A stretch of 64,000 nt of DNA from Leptogorgia sarmentosa (taxonomy: Eukaryota), in assembly GCA_964658305.1 (NCBI GenBank), contig OZ210885.1, positions 8,308,001-8,372,000 of the forward strand, written 5' to 3'. The first letter of the stretch is position 1. The number at the start of each line of letters is the position of its first letter. The position numbers were made by a program, and so were the translations under genes. The notes beneath the pieces were generated by a model. The model made no database searches and had not been told where the DNA came from. It saw only the letters and a list, made by a program, of their open reading frames with translations. This document shows, in pieces, positions 40,093-51,785 of this stretch.

Positions 40093-40761
40093 CATAGGCG
40101 TACGAGGGGGTGGGGCTGGGGGGGCTGCAGCCCCCCAAATTTTTTGAGAATTCATCTATTCGGGCAAAAATTGTCTTGTCATTCGGGCAGCGACGGTCTG
40201 GTGATTAGATAAAAATGTTGTTATGCTAGTAACTTTCTCTTTCTCTGTAAATCGTAATGAATATATTTAGCTTATAATTGAAATGGCTAGGGACGACCAG
40301 TGGCGTAGACAAGGGGGGCACGGGGGGGCTCAGCCCCCCTAAAAGGCTGAAGGACTGCGCCGTAAAAAGATGAAATCCGGGTAGAAATTAGGGCGGGGCG
40401 ATGACTACCCAGGTGACTACCAATTTCAATCCAAACATTTTCACAAATCTCACCCCAGAAACACGCTAAATCGCCATTGATGGACTCCAGATTTCAAAAT
40501 TTTCCAGGGGGAGAATCCCCCCGGACCCCCCTGGATGCCATCGCGAATTCCGTGTTTGCTTCGCCCCCCCAAAAATGAAAGTCTGGCTACGCCACTGGGG
40601 ACGACATATTTCTTTTTATATCAATTTTCAAAGGAAAGCTTTTCATTTATAGTATTCTCAGATTATATAATATTATGATGACGTCACGACATCTATGACG
40701 TCATGTAATTCGGGCAAATTCAGCCCAGCCCCCCCAAAAAAAATGTGCCCGTACGCCTATG
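40093..40761. mobile_element. hAT-like MITE inserted at the 3' end of tRNA-Thr(CGT)
   Basis: TIR cataggcgtacg / cgtacgcctatg; 8-bp TSD atgatgct at 40085-40092 and 40762-40769. Confidence 0.9.
40298..40597. mobile_element. hAT-like MITE nested in the previous one
   Basis: TIR cagtggcgtag / ctacgccactg; TSD gggacgac at 40290-40297 and 40598-40605. Confidence 0.9.
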
Positions 40762-40957
40762 ATGATGCTATGAGGATAAATGTTGGTAAATACAAGTTTT
40801 TGTAAATCGTGTTATAACATGTTTCGAAGTGAAGGGAATTCTTGCGATATTATGAAATGTGAATAGAAGCTAAATTTTTAAAGAATTTTTTTTACTGAAA
40901 TGGCAAATTATTATTGCAGATAAATTTATATTATGAAATTTATGATGGAAACGAGGT

Positions 40958-41030
40958 GCCTCATTAGCTCAGTGGTTAGAGCACTGGTCTTGTAAACCAG
41001 GGGTCCAGAGTTCAAATCTCTGATGAGGCT
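40958..41030 (+). tRNA. trnT: tRNA-Thr(TGT)
   Basis: gcctcattagctcagtggttagagcactggtctTGTaaaccaggggtccagagttcaaatctctgatgaggct; intact cloverleaf. Confidence 0.93.
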
Positions 41031-41298
41031 CTACTTTTCTCGATTGCTTCGAAGAACGTGGAAGACAATTGCCGCAAATACACTGCATGAGCTATCCAAC
41101 TTGTTAAAACTGATCAAGTAAAATACTTAACAAGGAATACATATATGCAAAAAGCAGAAATTTATTTTGGGCTCACTTTGCTCGAGAGGTACTGGGTCGA
41201 GAATATTATATGGCAATTCTGATTCTAAACAGAAAAATATTGTCTTTTCTTTTAATTTCTTTTTCCTTTTTGTTTTTCTAATCCAGGCACAAACCTGG

Positions 41299-41341
41299 CT
41301 GGTGCCTACACCAGCGCCTTAGACCACTCGGCCAGGCTACC
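41299..41341 (-). pseudogene. 5' fragment of a tRNA-Leu (TAG-like)
   Basis: Reverse complement ggtagcctggccgagtggtctaaggcgctggtgtaggcaccag; 3' half absent. Confidence 0.65.
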
Positions 41342-41463
41342 TGTGACGTGCAGACAATATCATCTCCTTTTAGTAAACATCCACATCGTTTAAAAAGATG
41401 TCTTTCGATATCAATGAAAGGAAGAAACGTTAAACAATTCGGAACTTTGACATTAAGTGTTAA

Positions 41464-41535
41464 GGTTCTGTGGTGTAATGGTTAGCACTTTGGACTTTGA
41501 ATCCAGCGATCCGAGTTCAAGTCTCGGCAGAACCT
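41464..41535 (+). tRNA. trnQ: tRNA-Gln(TTG)
   Basis: ggttctgtggtgtaatggttagcactttggactTTGaatccagcgatccgagttcaagtctcggcagaacct. Confidence 0.92.
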
Positions 41536-42186
41536 AGATTAATGCATAGGCATTTGAAACGTTGCATAAGGTAGCGAATTTCAATACGTTTCTATTACAA
41601 TGTCCATAGTTAGTTGAAAAAGAAAACAATTAATTGATGTGAAGGTGAACTTCTTATTTTAGTTACGATAGTGATAATCGATACTCGGTTGTAGAAGCTT
41701 TAACGCGTAAAATTAGAAACGATTGAAAAATAATCAAGAATTTGGAAACCAATGGAAAAACTCTATCCATGATGAGATTGTTTGTGGTTAAAAAATAGTT
41801 TTATAGCTAAAAGTCGATGATATCGGGAAATATTAATTTTACTTTCCTCTGTTATGGATAAAATAATTGTGAGATTATGTCTGTGTTACAACGCTACGTT
41901 TTTCTTGTGTTGCAATTGAAATCGAAACCCATCAGAATGAAAATACTTTCTGTTAGCCGGGAATCAAAACCCGCTCCCCGGCGCCAGGCCGGATCAACGT
42001 TTTGTGGGGACCGTGGCTTCTAATCAGCGTGGGACGCAGAAATTTATTCTGGGCTCCTTTTCTTAGGGATACTTGGTAAGTCACCGTTCAATGTGGCTTT
42101 TGCAAACACTGCATTTAATCAGATTTTTGTCGAAAAATAGCATCCATTATTGTTATATTTTTTTCCGAATTCTTTCAATAGTGTCA

Positions 42187-42192
42187 GTCTCT

Positions 42193-42233
<41 letters not shown>

Positions 42234-42260
42234 ATGTTGGTTCGAGTCCAACCAGGGACG
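42187..42260 (+). tRNA. trnN: tRNA-Asn(GTT)
   Basis: Intact cloverleaf; mirror copy of 36223-36296. Confidence 0.92.
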
Positions 42261-42375
42261 TGTTTGGTGTGATGTTCAGACGTCGTGACGGTAAATGTAA
42301 CCAAATTTTTTGCGCGGGGTTTTCTATGGATTTACGAAAGCTTTCAAAAAAGAGGACATCTTAGTTAACTAACTA

Positions 42376-42447
42376 GTGCTTGCACGGGAATCGAACCCGT
42401 GACCTCTCGCACCCAAAGCGAGAATCATACCACTAGACCAGCAAGCT
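42376..42447 (-). tRNA. trnP: tRNA-Pro(TGG)
   Basis: Reverse complement agcttgctggtctagtggtatgattctcgcttTGGgtgcgagaggtcacgggttcgattcccgtgcaagcac; the 1:72 pair is mismatched. Confidence 0.8.
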
Positions 42448-42832
42448 ATTGATGGCATCAAAATGTCCTCTAATGTACTTTGTACTGACGAAGAAAAGTA
42501 TGGGATTAATGTAATATATATATCTCAGCCGTTCCAAAACATTTTCCAATCGATCTACTTGCAAAAAATTAGATTTTTGTAAAAAAATTGTATCCATTAT
42601 TGCTGTGTTTTTTCTGACAGTATCAGCTGATACGTTCAACATGGTCTGGATCCGGCCCTGCGACGTATGCGACCCAGAGGGTTAAGATCATATACTACGA
42701 TTCGTGTTAAATATATCCACTAATACTTGAAAACGATTAGTCCTGCTGTTAATTACTGAAATATTTTGTTGGATTTTACTGCCGGATTGAAGATTTATTC
42801 CTTTTGAAGTGCAAGTACATATTAATGGCAAC

Positions 42833-42890
42833 GTAGTCGTGGCCGAGTGCTTGAGGCGACAGACTTGAAATCTGTTGGGAAATTCCCGCA
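42833..42890 (+). pseudogene. 3'-truncated tRNA-Ser(TGA)
   Basis: gtagtcgtggccgagtgcttgaggcgacagactTGAaatctgttgggaaattcccgca, then T arm deleted; mirror copy of 36564-36645. Confidence 0.8.
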
Positions 42891-43139
42891 TACAATAAAG
42901 GAGAAAAAAGAGAAAAGTTATACAAACAAGTTCAGTAAGGGCCTTTTTAACGATACAATCTTGATGCCGACGCAATTTTCGCTGAAAATCTTTGAAAACT
43001 AAAGTATTTATACTGGGAAGGCATTATGTAACATTTGAAAAACGAGCAGGGAAGTCATCGGCCGTTTCGGAAGGCAACGACCGTTTACGAAAGGGAAACA
43101 AGACGCCTATCAAGCGTTCACTCGGGCTACATGAAGTTT

Positions 43140-43620
43140 ATAAATGACTATCCACTGGCAGTGCGCGTGGCATGACCATGAACCCACGCGTGAAACGATT
43201 CAACGAAGATTTTCATTGGTTCAAGGACTTCGTGTCGTTCACGCGTGTTTTTTGCAAACTCGCGACCGAAAAGAAGGAAAATCGAAGCCCATTTTTAAAC
43301 TCTACGGTAGCCCGAGTAATAAGCGGCACCGATGAAAGAGTTTACTCGTTTACTTTCGAATAGTCAACAAATAATACTTGATAGTAATGCGCAGGATTTT
43401 CAAGTCTGGGAAATTCAGATTTTTAAAACCTTACTAACACTAAATTCAAGTAAATCAACGGGACTGGGTGGTATCTCTGGTAGGGACGTCCTTAAAGAAA
43501 ATGCCGAAGGCGGTCTCCCTCAATCTTGGAAACACGCAGATGTTGTACGAGTTTCGATAAAAGAACAGGTACGTGATGTTACCGCCACTTTCAGCCCATT
43601 TCATTTTCAAAACCACTCTT
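43140..43620 (+). pseudogene. Non-LTR retrotransposon (LINE) ORF2 fragment
   Basis: LNSSKSTGLGGIS..VLKENA..LPQSWKHADV matches the K.PGPDGI / P..WK.A.V motifs ahead of the LINE RT domain. Confidence 0.65.
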
Positions 43621-44589
43621 TTGTTGTATCGTCTGTGAAGTGATGTATAGCTTTAGTTGATTGAGTCTTTTGTCCGTGTTTTGAGAATTTAGATCCTCCT
43701 TTCCTACGTATGGTGTGGGGCATCGCGTACTCAGTTAACAGTTAAAACAAATTCTCTCGAGATGGGGATCTCCTTTAAGCTTACATTAGGGGCAAGACAT
43801 TGGACTGTCAGTGATATGCACAAAGTCACGTTTACATTAGGACACTTTTACGATGATAGGATGATACCAAGTGAGAATGACGTAGTATAATAGTAAATCC
43901 GAGCAATCTCAAAGTTCCTGGGCAAGATATATTTTTTCGTGATCAACCATGATACGAAGTGAGAATACGTTTTACCTCATATAAATTTGGCAAAATGATG
44001 GGAATTTTTGACCGTTTTTTCGGTATCTCCGTACTGCAGCTAGGTTACCGGTTACGGACCGCTCAGAAACACTTACCATTATAATAAATTTAGTTATGTA
44101 CATCGAAGCAACAAAACGGCGTGGCACGGCTGATTGGAAGTGCCTCAGTCTATGCAATTTACTCCAAAAATACCTACCCTTGAAACACTTTTTCACACCT
44201 GACAATTCTTTCAAATAACCACACGGTCTTGCAATTTTGTACACTCTGAGAACAAGATCGGGAAACAAATTAAGGAAATATTCTTGAGGATTACCAACTT
44301 TTGCTCCGGGTTCAGTTCTTGGAACTTTAATTTTTTCCGAACGTTGAAATTTAAATTTTTGGTTGTGGTAACGTATTTTTTGTGAAGTCCTAAATACGTA
44401 GTAGCTACGTTACTACAACGTCAAACGACGTTCCACAACAACGTGAAGAAAACGTATAAACATTTGACGTTCTGAAGACGACGTGAAAACTACCTGAATG
44501 ACGTCCTGAAAAAGACGAAGAATATATGCTAGACTAAACCGGAAGTAGAATTCTTGCCACCCCATGTGGTGATTTGTCTATAAAATTAT

Positions 44590-45020
44590 GTAGTACCTTC
44601 CATTGCTCCAGGACATGAAATTGATTCCTATTGTGGCGTTCGGCACAGATGTGGCAAAAGTATTGTTCAGGGCCACAGTACTGGCAACGAATTGTTGAAT
44701 CGCCACAAACCACACAAGTGGAAGTGCCCTCCTCAAAATCTTCATTGTCGATTCGTACTCGTAACATCGCCTCTAGAATTCTCTCCCAATTACTTGTGTT
44801 CGACACTTTTCGCTGGTTGACGTGAACCTTTTTGTTCAGAGTTTCAAACTGGTACACTTTGAGGTATAACAATCTCCACATCGATTGCTCTACCTTCCGT
44901 ATGCCGACACTTTTTTTGGCGATTGCTGTGCAGTCAGAGGGGTGCGTTACACAGACTTTCCACGTCTCCCCCAAACGACTGTTTCAAGTGTAACTTTGCT
45001 GCAACGTTTCATTTTGTAAC
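44590..45020 (-). pseudogene. CxC-type cysteine cluster, KDZ/Zisupton-like transposon relic
   Basis: CVVCGDSTIRCQYCGPEQYFCHICAERHNRNQFHVLEQWK followed by a GT donor. Confidence 0.5.
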
Positions 45021-45485
45021 TGGAATCATTTACACCAGGACAAACAGTAGAATAAAGTACCCGAACAGCACCCGCGTGTGGATCGGTCTACCCTTCCATA
45101 CTGAGATATCGGCGATGTCGATTGATGATCTCCTTACGGGTTATATCACAGGTTCAGGTAAGGACGTTGGGACATGCTATTTATATACGTGCACTATATG
45201 ATAATGTTTGTGCCATCTATTGAACTGACTATGACAGATAAATGACATGGGCACTTTTTATCTTGTGAGCACAATATAATTGATCTTATTTTGTGAGTAT
45301 TGTACCATGTTATAGATTGTATAGAATCAATTATACTGAAAAGCGCATTCAACTCAGGTCGTTTGAAGTATACTCAATTTGACTGAGATTTATATAGGTG
45401 TAAAATATTTTCTGACATTAACACAATTTAGTTGTTTATGACAGGAACTTCTGATTAAGAACGAATATTGCTTGGAGACAATATA

Positions 45486-47085
45486 CAGTGCGACCCACGG
45501 TATTAGTTTGGTACGATATTAGTGCATTGTAGATTACATGTTTGGAGGATTAAACATAATACGGGTGAATTTTGTTTGGTTCATGGTAGAAACAATATTG
45601 CAATGATTACATTTCATACTAGTCACGTGACAGCAAAATCCAGGTGTTCCTCCATAAAAGAGGTGGTCCACGCTATTAGTTTCATAAATTGCCGAGCAAT
45701 ATGGGAAGTAGAAAAGACCTAACCTGAGCCAAGAAAGCCATTATTATGAAAGAAATAGCAAAAACCAACACTACAAAAGCAATTTTTGAAAGATTTGATG
45801 GTCATGTTGTGACAATGACAAGATTTTTGCAAAATCCATTCTTCAAGTGGAAATTTCATGCTGATCGAAGCTATTAAAGCCAATTTCAAAGCAGGATACG
45901 AGTTGAGCAACGAGTAAGTTGCGTAAAATGCCTCCAACAGCAACTGGAAAATTTTCCAAGATAGTTGGTCCTCTCGATGTTCCAAAAACCACTCCCAATC
46001 GTGGACCTGCGAAGACAGGTTCCATGGAGTAAATGAAGAATTGTTGACCTTTCACTGCTAGACACGATCAATTGAGGATGGAATGGGCGAGAAAATATAT
46101 GAGGACGAACACAATGTTTGTTCTTTTCACTGACGAATGAAGGCCGACACTGGATGGTCCAGATGACTGGAGTAAAGGATGGAATGAAGAATGCGCTAAG
46201 GGGATGAGACGCCAACATGGTGTTGGAGGATTATGAACAGTAGTGGAAGCATCACAGATGCACTCATTGGTCCCTTCCGTGTACCTGAAGGTCAGAAGTT
46301 GTCTTCTGCTACGTATTGCCCTTACCTGAAGAAATCCCTTGAGTCACGGTTGGATAAACTTCCTTTAGCAACATTGAAGAAGATTACCTTAAAGCATGTC
46401 ATATGCAGCAAAGACAACAACGGAATCCCTTCAGTCGTTTGGTTTTGTGAACAAAATCGTAATGGTTTGGCAACTAAACTCGCCAAATTTGAACCCAATT
46501 GAGAACTTGTGGTGAATAATAAAGCGTCATGTTTATATCATCTAGATGGAACCCATCTTGGCAGGTCCACGATTGCGAGTGGTTTTTGCAACATCGACCA
46601 GACCAGCTTTCTTGGAAAATTTTCCACTTGCTGCTGGAAGCATTTTACGCAAATTACTCGTTGCTCAACTCGTATCCTGCTTCGAAATTGGCTTTAATAG
46701 CTTCGATCAGCATGAAATTTCCACTTGAAGAATGGATTTTGCAAAAATCTTGTCATTGTCACAACATGACCATCAAATCTTTCAAAAATTGCTTTTGTAG
46801 TGTTGGTTTTTGCTATTTCTTTCATAATAATGGCTTTCTTGGCTCAGGTTAGGTCTTTTCTACTTCTCATATTGCTCGGCGATTTATGAAACTAATAGCG
46901 TGGACCACCTCTTTTATGGAGGAACACCTGGATTTTGTTGTCACGTGACTAATATGAAATGTAATCATTGCAATATTATTTCTACCATGAACCAAACAAA
47001 ATTCACCTTTATTATGTTTAATTTTCCTCATATGTAATGTACAATGTACTAATATCATACCAAACTAATACCGTGGGTCGCACTG
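45486..47085 (+). mobile_element. Tc1-like element with ~540-bp inverted arms (fold-back derivative)
   Basis: TA|cagtgcgacccacggtattagtttggta ... taccaaactaataccgtgggtcgcactg|TA; arms ~45486-46030 and ~46545-47085; centre holds DDE remnants (LFTDE, LIGPFRV, NPIENLW). Confidence 0.9.
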
Positions 47086-47630
47086 TATATATATATATAC
47101 ATATATCTGTTTCTGTTGGTCCTTGATCTCACTGTTTTCACCGGCCGTAATTGCGACTACAATTGTCCACGCGCGCAATGACATATTTTAATTCATATCA
47201 TATTTAATAGTATTTTAAAGATTAAATTTCAAATAAATCTATTTATACTGTATCTTTATCTATTTCAGATAAATGTAAACTACAGAACGTAGTGCTGCAA
47301 TTTGATACTGGCAATGGTCTATCAAACACTCCTATACAACGAACATATATGTGTATCTCTGCGTGAAAAGACATCTGCATTAACGAAAAAGATACTGGGA
47401 CTGTAAGAAGCGGTTACACCAGGCAATTCATGACTAATCGATGTCTGTAGACTGTAGTGGTGACTGCGCTGTCGCATGCGCTTCATAATAATAGTCGTGT
47501 CGTTGTGGAGAATAAGGCCCGGCTTATATTAAGCACATGCATATGGTGAACTGCGTGTAATTTTATATTTATACTTATACAGTAATTGTCGTTAAAAGTG
47601 GATAATTTAATTATATTTAATATTTAAGTT

Positions 47631-47890
47631 TAGGGCATTTTCATTTTGTCTTGGATAAATCAAGGACATTTTTATTTTGTCTTGGATATGTCTATAGGAC
47701 CTTTTCATTTTGTCTTGGATATATCTAGGCCATTTTCATTTTATGTCTTGGATAAATCCAGGACATTTCATTTTCTCTTGGATATATCCAGGACCGTTTT
47801 GATTTTGTTTTGGATAAATCCAGGACATTTTCATTTTGTCTTGGATAAATCCAGGACATTTTCATTTTGTCTTGGATAAATCCAGGACAT
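47631..47890. repeat. Minisatellite, ~30-bp unit
   Basis: About 8 imperfect copies of ggacattttcattttgtcttggataaatcca. Confidence 0.85.
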
Positions 47891-49249
47891 TCCCGCTGAT
47901 ATTTCTGTTAAGAAATTATTTTTAAGCGTCCAGTGTGCTAATAAAATTTAAAGCTATTTTTGCTTGTTAGTTCTTCGTATTTTTCTCTTATTGCATCAGA
48001 AAGCAGATTTTTCCGAATTTCGAAAGGAATTTTCCAGTGGTTGCTAACTTTGCTCATAATGTATTAAAAAAATCCGTCTTTTAAGTGACAACGGCCTTTG
48101 ATTTCTGAATGATGATTTTCTTGCCATAAATATATGAAATTCGCAACATCAAATATTTGGCTGTATACGTCATTTTTGTTCTAATATCGTCTGATTTCTC
48201 AAAAAATTATCCTTGCATTGCTCAAACTTCAAATTCTAGCTTAAATTCTCCACAGAAATGTCGAATTTTTTGCGAGACAGTGCCTTTTCTTTCGATATTA
48301 TCCAAATATAGGTTAAATAGAATATTCCACCTTATCGTAGACCGTGTTAAATATATTATGATGTTATATTATGAATTGTGATTGGCCGGTTCTTTTGGCC
48401 GAAAACCAGCCAAAAACTTCACGAATTGACAATCTAAACAAAATATGTGGGAAAATCTTATATTTTCCATCAAAACAATGAAGTTCAAGTAATTTGATCT
48501 AATTTAACCATTTTGTGGCAACGTTGCAGATATGCAACAAATAAATTTATAAGTTATTCAACTACCACAAGCGATTCTATTCAACCACAAATATATGATG
48601 CCAAAAGACTAGCTATTGACCATCAAAAATACAAAACAGACTTCCCACAGCCTCTTATGAAAACATAACATTTTGACAAAGTTAAGGTGGTCAGATTTAC
48701 CGAAATCATTGAAATTAAATTTGGACTATTTTCTCAGTTAAAATTAACGATCTTCAACGAAAAGTTTCGCCAATTATTATAGACGATTAACACAAGTTTA
48801 TACTATTAATGGTAAATTAATTTGCAGTGTTGTGCTGAAAGGAAAATTGTTTTGATAGAATATCTAACACTCTGACTTCTTCAACTGTTATCTACAATCC
48901 ATCTTTTCGCACAGACTGCGTCATCAACACTTCCCAGTATCAGTACTACGTTGTATGTTTGACGTAAGGCAAAATTGACTTTTTCTACCAGCTGGAGAAA
49001 GTTGTTTTGATAGAATATCTGACAATCTGACTTCGTCAACTAGTGTGTAAAATCCTGGGAATGATGAAATTTTAAACAAGCGTTAAACATTCGGCCAGTG
49101 ATACTTTCCTACAGATCGTTCATCAAATTTGTTAGTTTTCTTTTGATAAGATATTCATCGTCCTCAGTAGATACAAGGCAAAAAGCGTTCCTATTTGCAT
49201 TGTAATGCGGCACCAATTGACGTATGGGACGTATCACCCTGTAAAGACG

Positions 49250-50020
49250 TTGAGCTTGCTGTCCTCTTCCCATCATTATCTTTTCCATCTTTTGCCGTAA
49301 TATGTCGAACGTTTGTTCCCAGTTGATCTGGCTGATTTGAAACTACACGAGTTCGCTCTTCATGTTACCTTTCTTCTTTGTGGCGGTTCCTGCATTCTCT
49401 CTTCCTCCCCGGACGCTTCTCCTTCCTGCTCTTGCTGGTCAGGTAAATAAAAAAAAAAAGAATTATGAACAACGATAACTTAAACTTATTTATGTCAGGT
49501 AGTAACTAACCTCCTCCACAGTGGTTATGTCACTTAAAAACTTCGCCACTCGCACGTCTTCTTCCCCGTACCTGCCACATTGTAGCATTTGTCTGACGTC
49601 GTCCCCGAATGGGACATCTGTTTCGCCAGCTGCTCATCGCTGACAGCTGACGAAGGCCCCATTTTCCTCTGTTTGCTTATGAGAGATTTCCGGAGGCCAG
49701 CTCCGTGGACGTCACGCCCATCCCTTGTCCCATCACCTTTATTCGCTTGGAGACCTTGGATTATGTCAAACGCTGCCAAGAAGCATTTACGAATAAGATA
49801 GGTTCGGGCGTTATACCCAGCTTGCCTTCCGTCACCCAGTCGCTATTCTCGTGGGGCCTCAATTGTGTCAGGTACTTCTGGCCCATGTTCTTAATCTCTT
49901 CGTTCCAGAGTGCACCGGCTCGCTGACCGCTTGCGACCAAGAGCCGGAGCATTAGGTAATCTCTCATCTGGGCAAAATCGATTAAAGCAACGTGCTCGTC
50001 TTCCTCGAGTTCTTGATAAC
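49250..50020 (-). pseudogene. Tyrosine recombinase relic (Crypton-like / phage-integrase family), 5'-truncated
   Basis: RDYLMLRLLVASGQRAGAL (box I Arg), GLRKS, LAKQMSHSGTTSDKCYNV (box II His/Tyr); frameshifted; probable intron near 49433-49510. Confidence 0.7.
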
Positions 50021-50351
50021 GTCGGCGAAGCAAATTTTTTTTCCGTAAGCAATCGAAAGCATCCCAAGCAATCGAAAGCATCCCAAGAAATCGAAAGCAT
50101 CCCAAGCAATCGAAAGCATCCCAAGCAATCGAAAGCATCCCAAGCGATCCAAACCTCCCAGCCCGCTCACATTTATGCGGGCTATGTGCGGGCGGCAAAA
50201 ACTGTGGGTTGCGTGGTTGCGTCATAAATTATACGATTACGTAACATGAATATTAATTGGGCAATCTGGCGCCGTATTAAATTATATGGTATGCGGCCAA
50301 AATTTCTTGTTGATTTACAATTTTCACGCGAGGTTTATCAACAATAAAAAT

Positions 50352-51590
50352 ATGTCAGCTGAGCGAGTTTTTGGGACTGAGCTACAAGTCTCCACGGGAA
50401 ATCAAGATTTGGAAGTACCAACACCAACAGACGTTGGAAACTCGAAGAAACGAGGGAGAAGATACATGACAGGCTACAATCTGTTTATGAAGGAGAATTC
50501 TGTGAGTTTCTGTTTGAATCTGTTTTATCTTTTATATTTCAATACATCTGATCTTTTAAAAGCCTTTCATTTTCAAATGTATAGCTGGTTTTAGACAACG
50601 TCATATAAAACGCTTATTATATCTGGTCGAGTTATAGAATAAACTTTTAAATTATAGGTACTGACTAATATTGACCTTGGGGCTATTCACAAAATACGTG
50701 ACGCTTTGGGGGTAGGGGGGTGTAAAAAAATGGGCAAAAAAGCGTCACGTATTTTGTGAACGGCCCCCTTGTCATTTAACAACATTTGCCTGCTTCCACA
50801 GGACATAATACGGCAATATGTGTGAATTTGGCCACCAAGCATCCAAGCCATTCCCATTGTATAAATATTGAGTGAGACAAACCTGTACTCATGCTTGCTG
50901 CTTGACACCTGTTCTTATTTTAATGCAAATTATTGTTTGTAGAGGACTGGTGATACCCTCCCTGAGACCGGAGAAGCAACTCTTGCAACAAATGCTAAGC
51001 TAGTAGCAGCAGCTTGGCGAAAAATTGATAGGTATGCAAAAAAGGTGAGCACATTTCACTTTAAAATATCACTCATTGAATCTGTTTAACCCAATTATCC
51101 AAAAGTTAAAGGCTTTCTGATTACCATTGTCATATATTATTTTTTGGCCAGATCTTGCTTATAACAGTAAACATATTTTCATGTGCATGCATTGTTTTAA
51201 AATTTAAAGGACTGGAATGATTTTGCACAGAGGCAACGTGAGGATGCTGAACATGGTTTAGAAACAAGTAAACCGAAATGTGACAAGTGCCACAAAGTTT
51301 TCAGTCGGCTTGCAGACAAAAGGTACCATCAAAGAAATTGTGGTGAATCGAAATGTCTGTCATGCAGTGAAGTATTTAGTACCAAAATTAAATTACAGCA
51401 ACATGAAAATATTCATAATGAAGTATATAAATGTCAAAGCTGTAGCAAATGTTTTGGTACAAAACAAGCCTTGGACAGGGACAAAGCAACACATAACTCA
51501 ACAAAGTTATTCCAATGTGCAAAATGTAACCAATGCTTTACAGTCAAAACAAACCTCACAAGGCACATGAAGAAATATCATCAGCGATAA
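50352..51590 (+). CDS. Spliced HMG-box + four C2H2/C2HC zinc-finger protein (~210 aa); exons 50352-50501, 50943-51044, 51210-51590
   Basis: All GT-AG, phase 0, no internal stops. HMG-like: RYMTGYNLFMKEN..NAKLVAAAWRKIDRYAKKDWNDFAQ. Fingers: CDKCHKVF..HQRNC, CLSCSEVF..HENIH, CQSCSKCF..ATH (degenerate), CAKCNQCF..HMKKYH. Confidence 0.8.
50679..50767. mobile_element. Small PIF/Harbinger-like MITE in intron 1 of the HMG-ZF gene
   Basis: TIR ggggctattcacaaaatacgtgacgc / gcgtcacgtattttgtgaacggcccc; 3-bp TSD ctt. Confidence 0.8.
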
Positions 51591-51785
51591 ATATTGCCTG
51601 CAGTGAGAACTTTTACAAGTGCTCTTACATAGGGAACATGTATGTAATTATAACTACAGTTTATTAGAATTGTACATTGTATTTGAGTTGTAAAGTTAAC
51701 AATTCAAGTAACATATTTGTTGTAATTTGTTGTAAATTTAAACAAAGTTGTGCAAGCTGCAACAGAATCACAGATACTTTGTTTA

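Noticed and set aside
41950..42660. tRNA 3' fragment and a MITE apparently enclosing tRNA-Asn/Pro (caggccggatc ... gatccggccctg)
   Set aside because: No matching TSD; the ends may come from separate fragments joined by rearrangement.
45522..47058. Duplicated small ORFs on both strands
   Set aside because: They are mirror translations of the Tc1 inverted arms.
49761..50227. ORFs with GCFRLLGMLSIAWDAFD repeats (also 54984-55423)
   Set aside because: Artefacts of translating the 19-bp TIR repeats; only the flanking recombinase and capsid parts are real.
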